Notes: generated by a model from the letters alone, not told the origin. 63,962 nucleotides of DNA, filler included, from Olpidium bornovanus S191 (GCA_017911155.1; 34 parts of 34 records of this genome joined end to end with filler, not necessarily neighbours in it), one strand, 5' to 3'. Shown: positions 1 to 11,343, counted from the whole stretch's first letter. A program made the numbers and translations.

Positions 1-1139
1 CATGGCGTTGGACACCGGTTGAGGAGAAGAGCTTCCTCGCGCTCAAGGACCTCCTCGCTTCCGATCCGGTCGTCACGCACCCCGATCCTCGTCGTCCTTT
101 TGAGTTGACGGTGGATGCCGGGCCGCGCGCCATTTCTGTAAACCTTTACCAAACGCGACGACAGCGGCCACCACCGCGTCTGCTATTACGGCAGCTGGAA
201 ACTTTCGCGTACGGAGCAGAATTACAGCTAGCCGAAGCGGGAATGCCTTGCCGTCGTTCGCGCCTGCCGGGAATACCGCCCGTATCTTCTCCATAATCCG
301 TTTATACTATGGACCGATTGCACCGCGATCGTCGACTTAATCAAGAAGCCGGACTTGAGCAGGAAGTTCGCCCGCTGGGTAATGTTCTTGGCTGACTTCC
401 CCTTCGACTGCCGCCAACGCAGCGCCGCCCGCCATCGCGATGCGGACGCGCTCTCCCGCCTCCACCCCGTCGACGAGCAGAAGGGGGAGAGGCCGCAGGA
501 CGTCGGGTTGCTCGACGACGGCGTGGAGGATAACGTTCTGCTAAGTGATGATTTTGGGGGCTTTCTTCGCCCCCCCGAGGGATGTTTTGTTCCGATGATT
601 CTGCGCACGTCTTCCGTTCCCCGCGACGACGCCATTGACACCGATCGGTTCGCCCTCCGTGCACGCGCACGCACTTCAACCTCCGACTGGAAGCTCCACC
701 CGGCGTGGTTTTGCGCTATCGACGCACGGTGGGGACCCCAAACGATCGATCTGTTTGCCACCACACGAAATCGCCATCTTTCCCGTTTTGCCTCTGCCGT
801 TCCCGAGGAGGGAGCGGTCGTTGACGCCTTTTCCATCGACTGGTCCGCCGAAAACGCGTGGGCGAATCCCCCTTTCGAAACGGACACGTTTTTCCGCATC
901 CTTTCAAAGGTGCAAACGGACGGTGCGACGTTGACGCTTCTGATCCCCGCCTGGACGACCGCGCCCTGGTTCTCCGCCGTTTTGCGGCAAGCTATGGACA
1001 CCCCGGTCGCCCTCCCTGGCGATTTCGACCTGTTTCTCCCTGGCTACACGGACAACCGGATCGCAGTTGGCAGTCCGAGATGGCCGGTGCTGGCGGTGCG
1101 CATCTCCGCTGCCGGAACGCCGAGCGGCCTCGATCCGCC
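1..1139 (+). mobile_element. Degraded retrotransposon pol fragment: Ty3/Gypsy-type RT connection/RNase H followed in frame by a DIRS-type (Dam-like) N6-adenine methyltransferase domain
   Basis: Frame 3: WRWTPVEEKSFLALKDLLASDPVVTHPDPRRPFELTVDAGPRAISVNLYQ. After a +1 shift at about 153, frame 1: YGSWKLSRTEQNYS*PKRECLAVV...YRPYL...WTDC...ARWVMFLADF...DADALSR, with TAG at 229-231. Then SDWKL...WGPQTIDLFA...DAFSIDW...ANPPF (865-876)...LLIPAW...PWF. Confidence 0.88.
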
Positions 1140-1626
1140 NNNNNNNNNNNNNNNNNNNNNNNNNNNNNNNNNNNNNNNNNNNNTTAATTAATTAANNNNN
1201 NNNNNNNNNNNNNNNNNNNNNNNNNNNNNNNNNNNNNNNCATGCCCTCAGCGCTCTTTCAGTGACCCTACGCCTGGTTGAAGTTTTGGCCAGCGTCATTT
1301 TCGGCGTTGCAGCCCCCTGCCCTGAAACGCTGGAGGGATAGAGGTAGGGTTGTCACGGATAGGGGAAGCGGCTTACCCTTTTACCCACTACGACCCGGTC
1401 ATTCGTGGCAGTGGAATTAAAGCTCCCTTAAAGCGTTTTTTATGAGCAACATGGCGCAAGAGAGCCATAAGGAGTAATACGCGAAACATCTGGCGACGTT
1501 TCCATGGCGGCGGGGGCAGCAAGCTGCCAGGGCTGCCTCGGTTTCCTGCGGCCAGAGATATCCTGCCTTTGTTGCTGGATTTGACCTTTCCGGCACGGGA
1601 AGCTTACGAGTGGAAATCTACAAGAA

Positions 1627-3122
1627 ATGCGGATACCAACGCTCGAGGCAGTGCTCGTCTTAGCCGGCGCCGCCGGAGCCCTCGCCGCAAACCGTGAGTC
1701 CCTGTAATTGCGGAGTTTGGCGAAGATTCCGCTTTCTGCCTCTCCTGGTCACTGACAACTTCGTCGGCCCAGGGTGCGCGGGACCTTACGACGGCACGGC
1801 GTGCCGGAATTACGTGAACTACACGTACTTCCTGGCGGGCAACGACACCGTTGAGACTATGGAATCGCGGCTCGCCCACCTGCCGGCGCTCGTTCGCGCA
1901 CTGGGAGAGTCCGACGAGTGCGTGGACCAGTACTACCGGTGGGCGTGCGGGAGGTTTTTTCCGCAGTGCCGGCTCAACGTGGTGTTCTACAGCTGCCGGA
2001 GCACCTGCGAAGCCGCGGTCAGCAAGTGCTCGGTGCTGCTGGCGGGATTGGGCCTGGAGTCCTACATCCCCGACTGCGCGGAGGAGATCCCGCCGTTCAA
2101 TAAATCGTACCAGCGGTCCCAATGCATCCAACTTGAGCCCATCGTCCGCGGGCCGACGGAGGCAAGCTGCCCGGCGCCGCTGGTGTCGAGATCCTCGGCC
2201 CCGGGTAGCGGAAGCGCCGCCGGACGAAAGTTGTGCGTCGGTGGATGTTGCCTGCCGTGCCCAATCACGCGCTTCTTTTACACCGAAGCCCAGGCCGCCT
2301 TGGCGGAGAAGATAGTCCTCTTCTCCGGAATCGGGTCGTTTTGTCTCGCGGCGCTGAACCTGATCGCGTCCGCAATTGTCGTGCGGAAGCGGCAGCTCCC
2401 TTCCACTATACTCTGTCTCGCCGTCGCCGTCACGATATTCCAGAGCACGTACTTTTTCGACTACGGCACGCCGAGCGACCGCTGCGCAGCTGGCGCGGAA
2501 ACGACGCGGGAGCGGATCCTGTGCGCACTCCAGGGACCCTACACCGTCTTCGGGGCGTTTGCCGTGGTCATGTGGCTATCGTTCTTCATTGTCAGTTTCC
2601 ACCTGATCAACGTGTGGAACTCGTCCGCCTTCGTCAGATATTTGCGATACGCGAATGTTTTCTGCTGGGGAACCGCCGTCGTCATGGCAGGCATAGTGGC
2701 CGCAACAGGAGGTGGGGGCGAGGAGCGAGGTTCCGAGAAAAAGAGGTCGTTCCACTTTCCCCCAGTCGGGGGCGGCGAAAAAAAAAAAAAAAAAAAGATT
2801 TTCGCGGCCGCGCGCTCATTCACGTCGGTTTTCGCGCGCGACAACGAAATCTTAACGCCAATATCGCGCAGACGCCACCAGCTCGAGGCTGCTGTGCGAA
2901 GTTTCTCCGAAGGTGTCAAACACACTGTTTTTCTACCCAATGGCCGGGCTCATATTTCCGCCCCTCCTTGTCCACGCCGGCACGACCGTCCACATTCTCT
3001 GGAGGGCGAGGGCCCGGGACGCGAGTTTGGAGGCCCAGCGAAGAGTTTTCGGCTCGCCCACGATTGACTGGCGGCCATTGTGCCTGGCTTTCTTGCTCCA
3101 GCTGACTTTCATTTTTTACTGG
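1627..3122 (+). CDS. Frizzled/Smoothened-like class F GPCR: signal peptide, 10-Cys CRD, six of seven TM helices; 3' end truncated
   Basis: Exons 1627-1693, 1773-2711 and 2872-3122 with GT-AG introns that keep the frame. Signal peptide MRIPTLEAVLVLAGAAGALAA; CRD C..Y.G..C..YV...C..YY.WAC..FFP.C...C...C...C...C...C; linker CPAPL..CCLPCP; hydrophobic TM1-TM6. Confidence 0.85.
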
Positions 3123-3276
3123 GTAAAGACGTGATGCGATGGGCTGCGATCGATGTCGGTGTGCAAATGTGCCATGNNNNNNNNNNNNNNNNNNNNNNNN
3201 NNNNNNNNNNNNNNNNNNNNTTAATTAATTAANNNNNNNNNNNNNNNNNNNNNNNNNNNNNNNNNNNNNNNNNNNN

Positions 3277-4620
3277 CCGTCCGACATCCCCGGCTCCACG
3301 TACACGTCCAAGACCGCCTTTTCCGCCGTAACGCCCTCGGCTTTGCACTTCCTGCACCGGTCCTTCTCCCGAAAACTTTTTCCGCGCCCGTTGCATGCCG
3401 CGCACTCGGTCTGGACCTGTTGGATCATCCCCGGGCCCACTTGCCGGATGGTCAGTTTGATTCCGCGCCCGTTGCAGAAGCCGCATTCTTTCAATTTCCC
3501 TTTGCCGCCTTTGCTGTTACGACCGGAAAAAAACATGAAAATTCGCATCCCAGTCGTGACGGCGAGAGGCACGCGCGCCGATTGAGGAATAACGACGGCC
3601 ACACCCACCCGGCGCAATTGGTACATGTTCGTTTCCGCTCTATTGATATCTTGGACTGCGCGCCCTTGTACAAATCCTCTAACCGGACATCAAGCTGAAT
3701 TTCAGAGTGATCGGCGCGCCGCCGGCGGGCTGCAAGGTCGACGAAATCAGCAACTCCAACTGCGGCAGGCGGAACGACGGGTGAAAGGCGACGGTTTCCC
3801 GGACTCACCGGCTCTTCGCGATCCTCGATTCCCGCCACCGCCAAAAAACGCCCCGCCTTCAAACAGGTCGAAGAAGTCTTCGGGCACGCCGAATCCGTTC
3901 ATCCCGCCAGCTCCACCGTTAAGTCCGGCTTCCCCGAATTGGTCATATAACCTCCGCTTCTCCGGGTTCGACAGCACCTCATACGCGTGGCTGGATTCGC
4001 GATTCCCGCAAAGTTCAAAACGCCGCGGATAAGGCAAAACTTCTCTTGCTTGAGACACGATCGACGGAGCCGGGGTTGCGGAAACGGAAATCTTACCTTA
4101 TCTCTTTGTGTAAACCCAAGCCCAGGCGGCAGCGCGGAGGAACAGCGGCGTATGGACCGGAGGCGGTTACGAAGTCAGTGTGCGACCCGGTTGCTTCACG
4201 GCGGCGCTAACGTCGAAAAGCGTTTGGCACGGCTGTACCTTTGAACTTGTCGCCGGCGTCAGGATTTTTCTACGAAAGCACGAGGACAAGGAGAAAAACA
4301 ACGAGTTGGCCCGTGTGGCCCGCCTGCACACCGAACTCGCACGCTCCTAGAAAACCTGCGTGCCACTTACGTCAGGCTGGAGTGAGTGCGCCGCCCCCGG
4401 TCAGAACAGGCAGGAAGTCCGTTAGCCAAGCGCGGCCAAGCGTTCAGCGAATTCGTTCACTGACGTGAACGCGGCGCGCGGTATTCGCCCCGAGGAAACC
4501 GGGGGGGGGGGGAGAACTAACATGAAACTGCAACGCCAACTTCCTGTACGAGGCCTTCAGCTGCGCGTCGGTTGCGTCCGGCTGCACGTTCAGCACGTCG
4601 TACAGGGTCTGTTCCGACAT
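3277..4620 (-). CDS. Type I DnaJ/Hsp40 co-chaperone (Ydj1/DNAJA family), 3' truncated
   Basis: Exons 4620-4522, 4376-4371, 4269-4239, 4103-4097, 3990-3809, 3729-3609 and 3513-3277 give MSEQTLYDVL...ALQFH|PD|KNPDAGDKFK|EIS|HAYEVLS...G/F region...CxxCxGxG zinc repeats...VEPGM. Confidence 0.95.
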
Positions 4621-4864
4621 TCTGCAGCGGAGACTACGCCGGCGGCGGCGTGGACGGGGGCCGCGAGAAGGACGGGGGTGTCGGAGCGGGCGGGGCGGGC
4701 GGGCAAGGCCGGGGGGGGGGGGGGGGGGGGGTGGGCGCGCGGGTGGGGGGGGGGGGGGGGGAGNNNNNNNNNNNNNNNNNNNNNNNNNNNNNNNNNNNNN
4801 NNNNNNNTTAATTAATTAANNNNNNNNNNNNNNNNNNNNNNNNNNNNNNNNNNNNNNNNNNNNC

Positions 4865-5628
4865 ATGAAGTTCTCCGCTTCTCTCCTGGCGCTGGTCGCC
4901 CCCGTCCCGGCGGTAGTCTCCGCGTTCCCTCCCTCCGGCCAATCGCAGAGGCTACGGGCCGGTCCCCCCGGTACACTGGGCCGACGTCCTTTTGGGCGCC
5001 ATCCGGAACCGTGTCGACCTGGCAAAATTAACGGTGAACTTCATCGCAAAGAACTTCGAGGACCCTCCCGATCCATATTCTGACAGAAATAAAGCTGCAA
5101 AAACTTGATCTTGTGATGCTCGCCCTCGGCTATTTTTACTTCGTTGATTACAGCGGCGGCCCTTTTCCCTTTGCCAAGCTCCGTGACGCACAATTAATCG
5201 TGCACAGAGGCGGCAGTGCTGCTCTCAATTCGATGCTCTACTGGATTCCCTACGCCAACTGGACACTGGACAGCTTGTTGGCCTCGAAAGATGCTAGAAT
5301 CAGCGATATAATTGGACTCGATGTACAGGAACCCTTACTCTTCAACGTGAACCGATCCCAATGTTTTGCTCATGTCCTCTGCGACGGCGCACCGGCTCGC
5401 GCGGCGAAATTAGGGGAGATCTACAGAACCATCCGGGACCGCGTGTTTTCCTAAGTGCCCGCACGCGATGATGCCGGCAGAGATCACCAAGGAATAGAAC
5501 ATCGCTTGCCACGCGTGCCCGACATACTTCGCTCAGTTTACAGCGACCTTTTGAATCCCCGAGGGCAATTCACGAACGAGGCTGTTCGCGAATTGCTGCT
5601 TTTCGTGGCAGACGAGCTGTGTAGGTGA
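4865..5628 (+). pseudogene. Probable disrupted gene for a secreted protein of unknown family
   Basis: Signal-peptide-like start MKFSASLLALVAPVPAVVSAFP. Protein-like sequence continues across two frame changes (about 4935 and about 5100) and an in-frame TAA (5452-5454) up to TGA at 5626-5628. No splice signals explain the shifts. Confidence 0.45.
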
Positions 5629-5909
5629 CTCTCAGATCTCTACAAGGCCGCAAAGCACCTTCATGTTTCCTGATGACTTTTACGACTGAGAGCGTCGTCT
5701 CTAGGCGATATTCCAGATACATACATACGAGAATGATCCCTCACTTGGCCATGGCTCGGCACTGAGACAGCTTTTTCGAAAGCTCCTGCGTGGTGCGATC
5801 GATGAAGATCTCGGACTCTCCGACGCCGCGATTACGAGGGCAGCCAATGCTGCAATGGCCATGTACGGTACCGATAACGAAAGAACTCGAAAATCATGAT
5901 GATTTGGAC

Positions 5910-6345
5910 CTGGATAATATTTTTCTATTGACTCAGAGATTAGGATTGCCGCCATTGCCCAAAGGTACGTTTGCTGCCCAAGTACTAAAAAATATAACGT
6001 AGCCGCGGTAGCAGTTTAGCCTAAATGAACCTGGATAATATCTTCCTATTGACTCAGAGATTAGGATTGCCGCCATTGCCCAAAGGTACGTTTGCTGCCC
6101 AAGTACTAAAGAATTAACGTAGCCGCGGTAGCAGTTTAGCCTGAATTGACCTGGATAGTATCTTCCTATTGACTCGCCATTGCCCAAAGGTACGTTTGCT
6201 GCCCAAGTACTAAAGAATATAACGTAGCCGCGGTAGCAGTTTAGCCTAAATGAGGGGCAAAATATGGTGTAATTCTGTAATGGAGTTTAGCCGCGGTAGC
6301 AGTTTAGCCTAAATGAGGGGCAAAATAGGGTGTAATTCTGTAATG
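5910..6345. repeat. Tandem repeat with a unit of about 120 bp (3 copies, the third with an internal deletion) plus a duplication of about 60 bp
   Basis: The unit ctggata.tat..t.ctattgactcagagattaggattgccgccattgcccaaaggtacgtttgctgcccaagtactaaa...gtagccgcggtagcagtttagcct starts at 5910, 6031 and 6151. Confidence 0.9.
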
Positions 6346-6411
6346 GAACTCGACGGGATTTTGGAATATGGGGCATTATGATTCTAAGTTTCGGCGGAAT
6401 TGATCATTTGG

Positions 6412-6652
6412 AGTTTGGGCTCCCGGAATTTGTTAGTTTGCAGCGGGTATTTTGGGCCGGCGCCCCGGCGCCGCCTCCTTTCCCAGGCAGCATTTTATGC
6501 CTTCGGGTTTTGGGCTGCCGGAATTTGTTAGTTTGCTGCGGGGTTTTTTTGGCCGTCGCCCCGGCGCCCCTCCCCCCTCCCCGGCAGTTTTGTTAGTTTG
6601 CTGCGGGTTTTTTTTTGGCCGGCGCCCCGGCGCCCCTCCCTCCTCCCCGGCA
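6412..6652. repeat. Degenerate tandem repeat of about 3 units
   Basis: tttgttagtttgc.gcggg..ttttt.ggccg.cgccccggcgcc..ctcc..cccc.ggcag recurs three times. Confidence 0.75.
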
Positions 6653-7136
6653 GCATGNNNNNNNNNNNNNNNNNNNNNNNNNNNNNNNNNNNNNNNNNNN
6701 NTTAATTAATTAANNNNNNNNNNNNNNNNNNNNNNNNNNNNNNNNNNNNNNNNNNNNAAAAAAAAACGGAAAAAAAAAGAAAAAAAAACGGAAAAAAAAA
6801 GAAAAAAAAAAGAAAAAAAAAAGGAAAAAACGCGGCTTTCACGCACAATTCGGGCCAGAGGAGAGAAAAATCGATCGGTTTTTGAAAATCTCGGCTTTTC
6901 CCGCCCCTCCCCTCCTCAACCCCCCGGGCCCGGCTCGGCCCCAATTAAAACCAGCCACCGCAGAGAGTTCGGCCGGAAGGCGCCACGCCCCTTACCCTTA
7001 ACCCAACCGAACCCGGTCAGGCCAGGCCCCGCCGGAGACCGAGGCAACGCGGGGAGACAGCAAGAGGAAAGCGGGGACAGGACGAGGAGGACGAGGAGGA
7101 CGAGGAGACACTGTCGGGGGAAAAGAAAAAAGAAAC

Positions 7137-9179
7137 ATGGCAGACGCCCCGCATGGATCCTTTTCGCCAGACGATCACGGCGGCGGGCGGGACGCAGACC
7201 GGCAGCGTGACCTGCCGAACCAGGCCGCGGCCGCCACCATCCATCAGCGGCCCGCCTCCGCCCTCCAGTCTTCCCCCACCCCGCGTTCGCTGCGCTCGGA
7301 GCTGCGGGTACGGACGAACGGCGTGTCCAGCATCAGGACGATGCTGGACGCTGCGTCGAGAACGAGCAAGATCATACTCGCGTGCTCTTTGACCCTGATG
7401 GCGGCCCAGGTGAGCCGCGCGGGAGACCCGTGCAAGAGGCCGGGGGGCAGGGGGAGGGGTGCATTCTGCCCCTGCAGTTTGAAAAGCAAGGGTAGGGTGT
7501 GAGTGCATGTGGAAGGGAGGTGGGGTTCGTGGGTCTGCCCGGCTTCTTCGCAACGATCGCAGTTTCTTTTTGTTCGGCGTTGCGCTTCCGTTTGTTCGTT
7601 GCTTATGCGGCGTTGACGGCCTTGGCTTTCCCTATGCCCCCCCCCCTCCCCAACCGCTGCCCACGAGGGGTCGCAGATCGTTGCAACCAGCTGCGTGTTG
7701 GCGCTCACGCGGGCCCGGCCGATCGACCAACCGTTCCGCAGCTTCCTGGTCGTGTACATGCTTCGGTCCTTGTTCGCAGCGCCGTTCCAGGTAATCCGGC
7801 GGCTTCGACCCAGGCGGCGGAGGCGGCAACAGGCGGCCGACGCATCGTCGGCCGAACAAGATCTCGAAGCCGCCGGGTCCGCCGCGGAACTTTCGCCGGC
7901 CACGCGAAGCCCGGACGGTGCGGAGGGGCCCCGCCGCGACCCGAACCCGGCGCCCGCATCTCCGGCGGGAGGCGGCGCCGGGAGGCGGAACAGCGAGACC
8001 GCGCGCCGGACCACGGCGCAACGGTCTCGTGACGTCGAGTGGTCGAACGAGACTCACGAGCGATTCGCAAGGTAACCGCTTTCGTTCAGTTTTTTTTTTT
8101 TTTTTTTTTTTCGGCTCCGCTTGCGAATGTCGGGAACAAGAGCCGTCGCCCGGAGTTTCCCCCCGAAGCGCGTGTATTCGGTAGTAAGGCGAGCCGGCAA
8201 TTGGTGCTGATCATCCCAATGAAATGACGCAGAGCGCGATCGATCGTTGATCTCACCGGTTCCATCTTGTTTGTATGGGGCAACTGTACGTGGCCAGCGT
8301 GTTTTTTTTTTCTTTTCCTTTTCCGCGGATCAACTTTGCCGCCCTGCAGTTGACACCGCAGTCCGGGTCTTTTGATTTTGGCTGCTTTTCGCCTTCCAGA
8401 TCTTCTCCTCCAAAGTCCCAACGGCGTTTCCCCACCGGTTTGGAACCTAACGCTGGCCTGGGTTATCCTGGGCTACCTGGTCGTGATGATACCGGTCCTG
8501 CTCGGCGCCGCCGTGATCTTCTGCCTGCCGTGCGCCCTGGTTGCGATGCGGCTCATGCGGGTCGCAGAGTTCGCGGGAACGGGCGCGGAAGAGAGCGAAA
8601 TCAAAAAGATACCTGTTGTGAAGTTCCGCCGAAGATCGCCGCCGCCTGCCGACGCCGGACTCGCAGCATCAGCGTCGTCGCAGAACCTCGTCAACCGGGC
8701 GCAACCGGGTACAAAGCGGAAGTGGCTGCGAAAGCTGTTGAGCAGAAAGAAGGTGTCTCAGCAAGCGGACGCGGACGACGGCGAGGAAAGTTATCTCACG
8801 CTTCCCGACGAGGATGCGGTGTGCGTCATCTGCCTCGCCGAGTACGAGGACAGCGAGGAGCTAAGAAAGCTGCTGTGCGGTCACCACTTTCACACCGCGT
8901 GCGCAGACGGTTAGTAGGGGGGGGGTTAAATCGCGGATAATGGTCCGCGAATGCTTTTTTTTGTTTTGCTTTTCCGCCGGTTCTTTTTTCGCTGCCGCCC
9001 ACCGGGGGAATTTTGGCTCATTTTCGATGTGCGTCCTTTAAAACGCCTCAGAATGGCTGCGGTTGAGTCGCACGTGTCCGCTGTGCAAACGGGACATCGG
9101 GGCGCCCCCGGACGCGCCTGCTGCGGCAGCCGCCGGAAACTACCCGCCCGTTCCTGCCGGCTCCACCGGTGTGTCGTGA
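7137..9179 (+). CDS. Multi-pass membrane RING-H2 E3 ubiquitin ligase
   Basis: Five exons with GT-AG boundaries. TM segments (KIILACSLTLMAAQ, IVDLTGSILFVWGNY, LTLAWVILGYLVVMIPVLLGAAVIFCLPC), then CVICLAEYEDSEELRKLLCGHHFHTAC..EWLRLSRTCPLCK; TGA at 9177-9179. Confidence 0.9.
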
Positions 9180-10452
9180 CCGTTTTGTCGCAGGAGGTGA
9201 GGGAGGGCGCGGGGGGGGGAAGGGGGGGGGGAAGGGGAGGGGGAGGGGGGAGTGGGTTGCCGCCTTTGGATTAGCCGTTTTGAACGGCGAACAGTCGGTG
9301 TGCCCACCCGCATTCCCCGCCCCGCCCCGCCCCGCCCCGCCCCCCGCGGCTTTGTCCAGGCGGGAAAGCTCGGTCTTTTGTCCCGCTCGCACTCCGCTCG
9401 CACGCGCGTGCATTCCCCCATTCCCCAGGCAAAAGGTTTGATAGCGTCGACCAAATTTGCTTGATACCAATGATGCTGATAATTCCCGCCCACCCTAACT
9501 TTCTTCGGTGTCCCCCTCGCCGTCTTCCGTTCTTCCCCTCTCGATGACCAGTAATAGTTCCCCTATCTCTCTCTCTTTCTCTGCCTCTCTCTCTATCTCT
9601 CCCCCTTCCCCTCCCTCCATCCCTCCCTCTCTCCCTCCCCCCCCGATTTCCCCCCGCCCCCCCACACACACACAACTTCAACGCGCACACTCGCAACACT
9701 TCTTTTTTCAATCCCCCCCCCTCCCTCGCCTTTTTTTTTTCACAATTGTCTCTCGCATGTGATTTTTTGGCGGCCATTCACGACAATCTCCCCTCACCCC
9801 TCACTTTTTTTTTTTTTTTTTTTTTTCCTTCCCCTCCCCCCGTCGCATGTAGAATCTTCGGTCGTCTTAGAGTTGCGCGCGCGGATGACACTTGGCCTGG
9901 ATCATGCCGAGTCGAAAATGAGCCGTCCGGTGTAGTAAAACGGCGCGAGTCCGGCAGGCGTTCAACTGACGCGGGAGCGGGTGGGGTGGGAGGCCGAAAA
10001 AGACGTCGCCCAGATTTCCGGCCNNNNNNNNNNNNNNNNNNNNNNNNNNNNNNNNNNNNNNNNNNNNTTAATTAATTAANNNNNNNNNNNNNNNNNNNNN
10101 NNNNNNNNNNNNNNNNNNNNNNNCTCCTCGGAGGTCGGGAGATTCGCTACCCTCGTGTGCGAGAAGCTTGGGGACGCCGGGCCAAGCCTGGGCGCCCGCA
10201 AGCCATGGCGCGTCGTCAGGGAGCCCCTGTCAGCGGACGAGAGCACGGCAGCCACAGAAACGGCGGACGAGAGCGCGGCGGCCGCCATCTTTTTTTCCCC
10301 TTGCTTCCTTTTCTCTCTTTGTTTTGTGTTGGTGTTTTGGGGAGGTGGGCGGAGGGGCGGCGGGCGGAGAGGCAGCGGGCGGAGGGGCTGGCGCCTTTTA
10401 TGCCTGCGAGGGGCGGGCGCGGGGCCCGCCGGACGACACCCTCGCCGGACTG

Positions 10453-10489
<37 letters not shown>

Positions 10490-10609
10490 GAAGGAATATA
10501 ATTAAGCTGCCCCGGGCTGCGGTAGGCTTGTTCCACCGCCGGCCCTGACGATGGCGTCGGCGACGGCCTCCGGAATCCGCGTCCTCTCTGCTTCTCCCTG
10601 TCCCCGCAG

Positions 10610-11164
10610 ATTGGGATGACTCGGCCCTCGCCGACGTAGAGGAGCTCCTGTCGAACATTGATTGGAAGGCCACCGGTGATGCGGCCGCGCTCGAGGCGCG
10701 CCTCCACGGCGAGCTGAGTGCGCTGGAGGCGGTACAGTAAAATAAGCGAAATAGGCGCGCTAGTGGCGTCGCGGGCTTGCCTGCCGACAGTCCAGCGCCC
10801 AGGCCCTGGTCCTGACGTCGGCCCGCCCCATTTGCGCCCTCTGCCGTCGTGCAGGCAAACATCCATGCAATCATTGAATCGGAAGAGAACGTCTTGGCGA
10901 TTGTTCGACAGATCGATAAGGCGATGGTTGAACTTGACGCCATGGAGAGCTGGGTGTCTCTCTACGCGACTGAATTGGAGGTTCGGCAATTCAGATAAGT
11001 CGTCCCGATCCACCTGGATAGCCGCGGCTGAAGCTGGCGAATCGCGATTGCCGTATATCTAGGCACGAGGAAAGGAGGTTCACCAGATTGAGTCTAGGAA
11101 CAAAGGTCTGCAGGTTCAGGCCGTGAACCAGAAAAATTTGCTTGAAGAGCTAGAGACGTTCCTG
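10610..11164 (+). CDS. SEC3: Exocyst subunit Sec3/EXOC1, three internal exons
   Basis: Exons 10610-10731, 10855-10980 and 11063-11164: ...ALEARLHGELSALEA|ANIHAIIESE...LDAMESWVSLYATELE|...HQIESRNKGLQVQAVNQKNLLEEL, matching the Sec3 coiled-coil region as recalled. Confidence 0.85.
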
Positions 11165-11343
11165 GTGCGGTTGGTTTTCCTGGCACGACCGAACCTTTGC
11201 GACTGTGAAAGCCGAATGGGAATCTGTTTTTTTACGGACATGCNNNNNNNNNNNNNNNNNNNNNNNNNNNNNNNNNNNNNNNNNNNNTTAATTAATTAAN
11301 NNNNNNNNNNNNNNNNNNNNNNNNNNNNNNNNNNNNNNNNNNN

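Noticed and set aside
1140-1239. TTAATTAATTAA palindrome repeated 33 times as a regulatory or recombination site
   Set aside because: Always embedded in exactly 44+44 N; it is an artificial six-frame-stop linker.
5910-6345. CRISPR-like repeats
   Set aside because: The units are contiguous 120-bp copies with no spacers.
6985-7015. Telomere-like CCCTTA/CCCTAA units
   Set aside because: Only 2-3 imperfect units, internal to a GC-rich upstream region.
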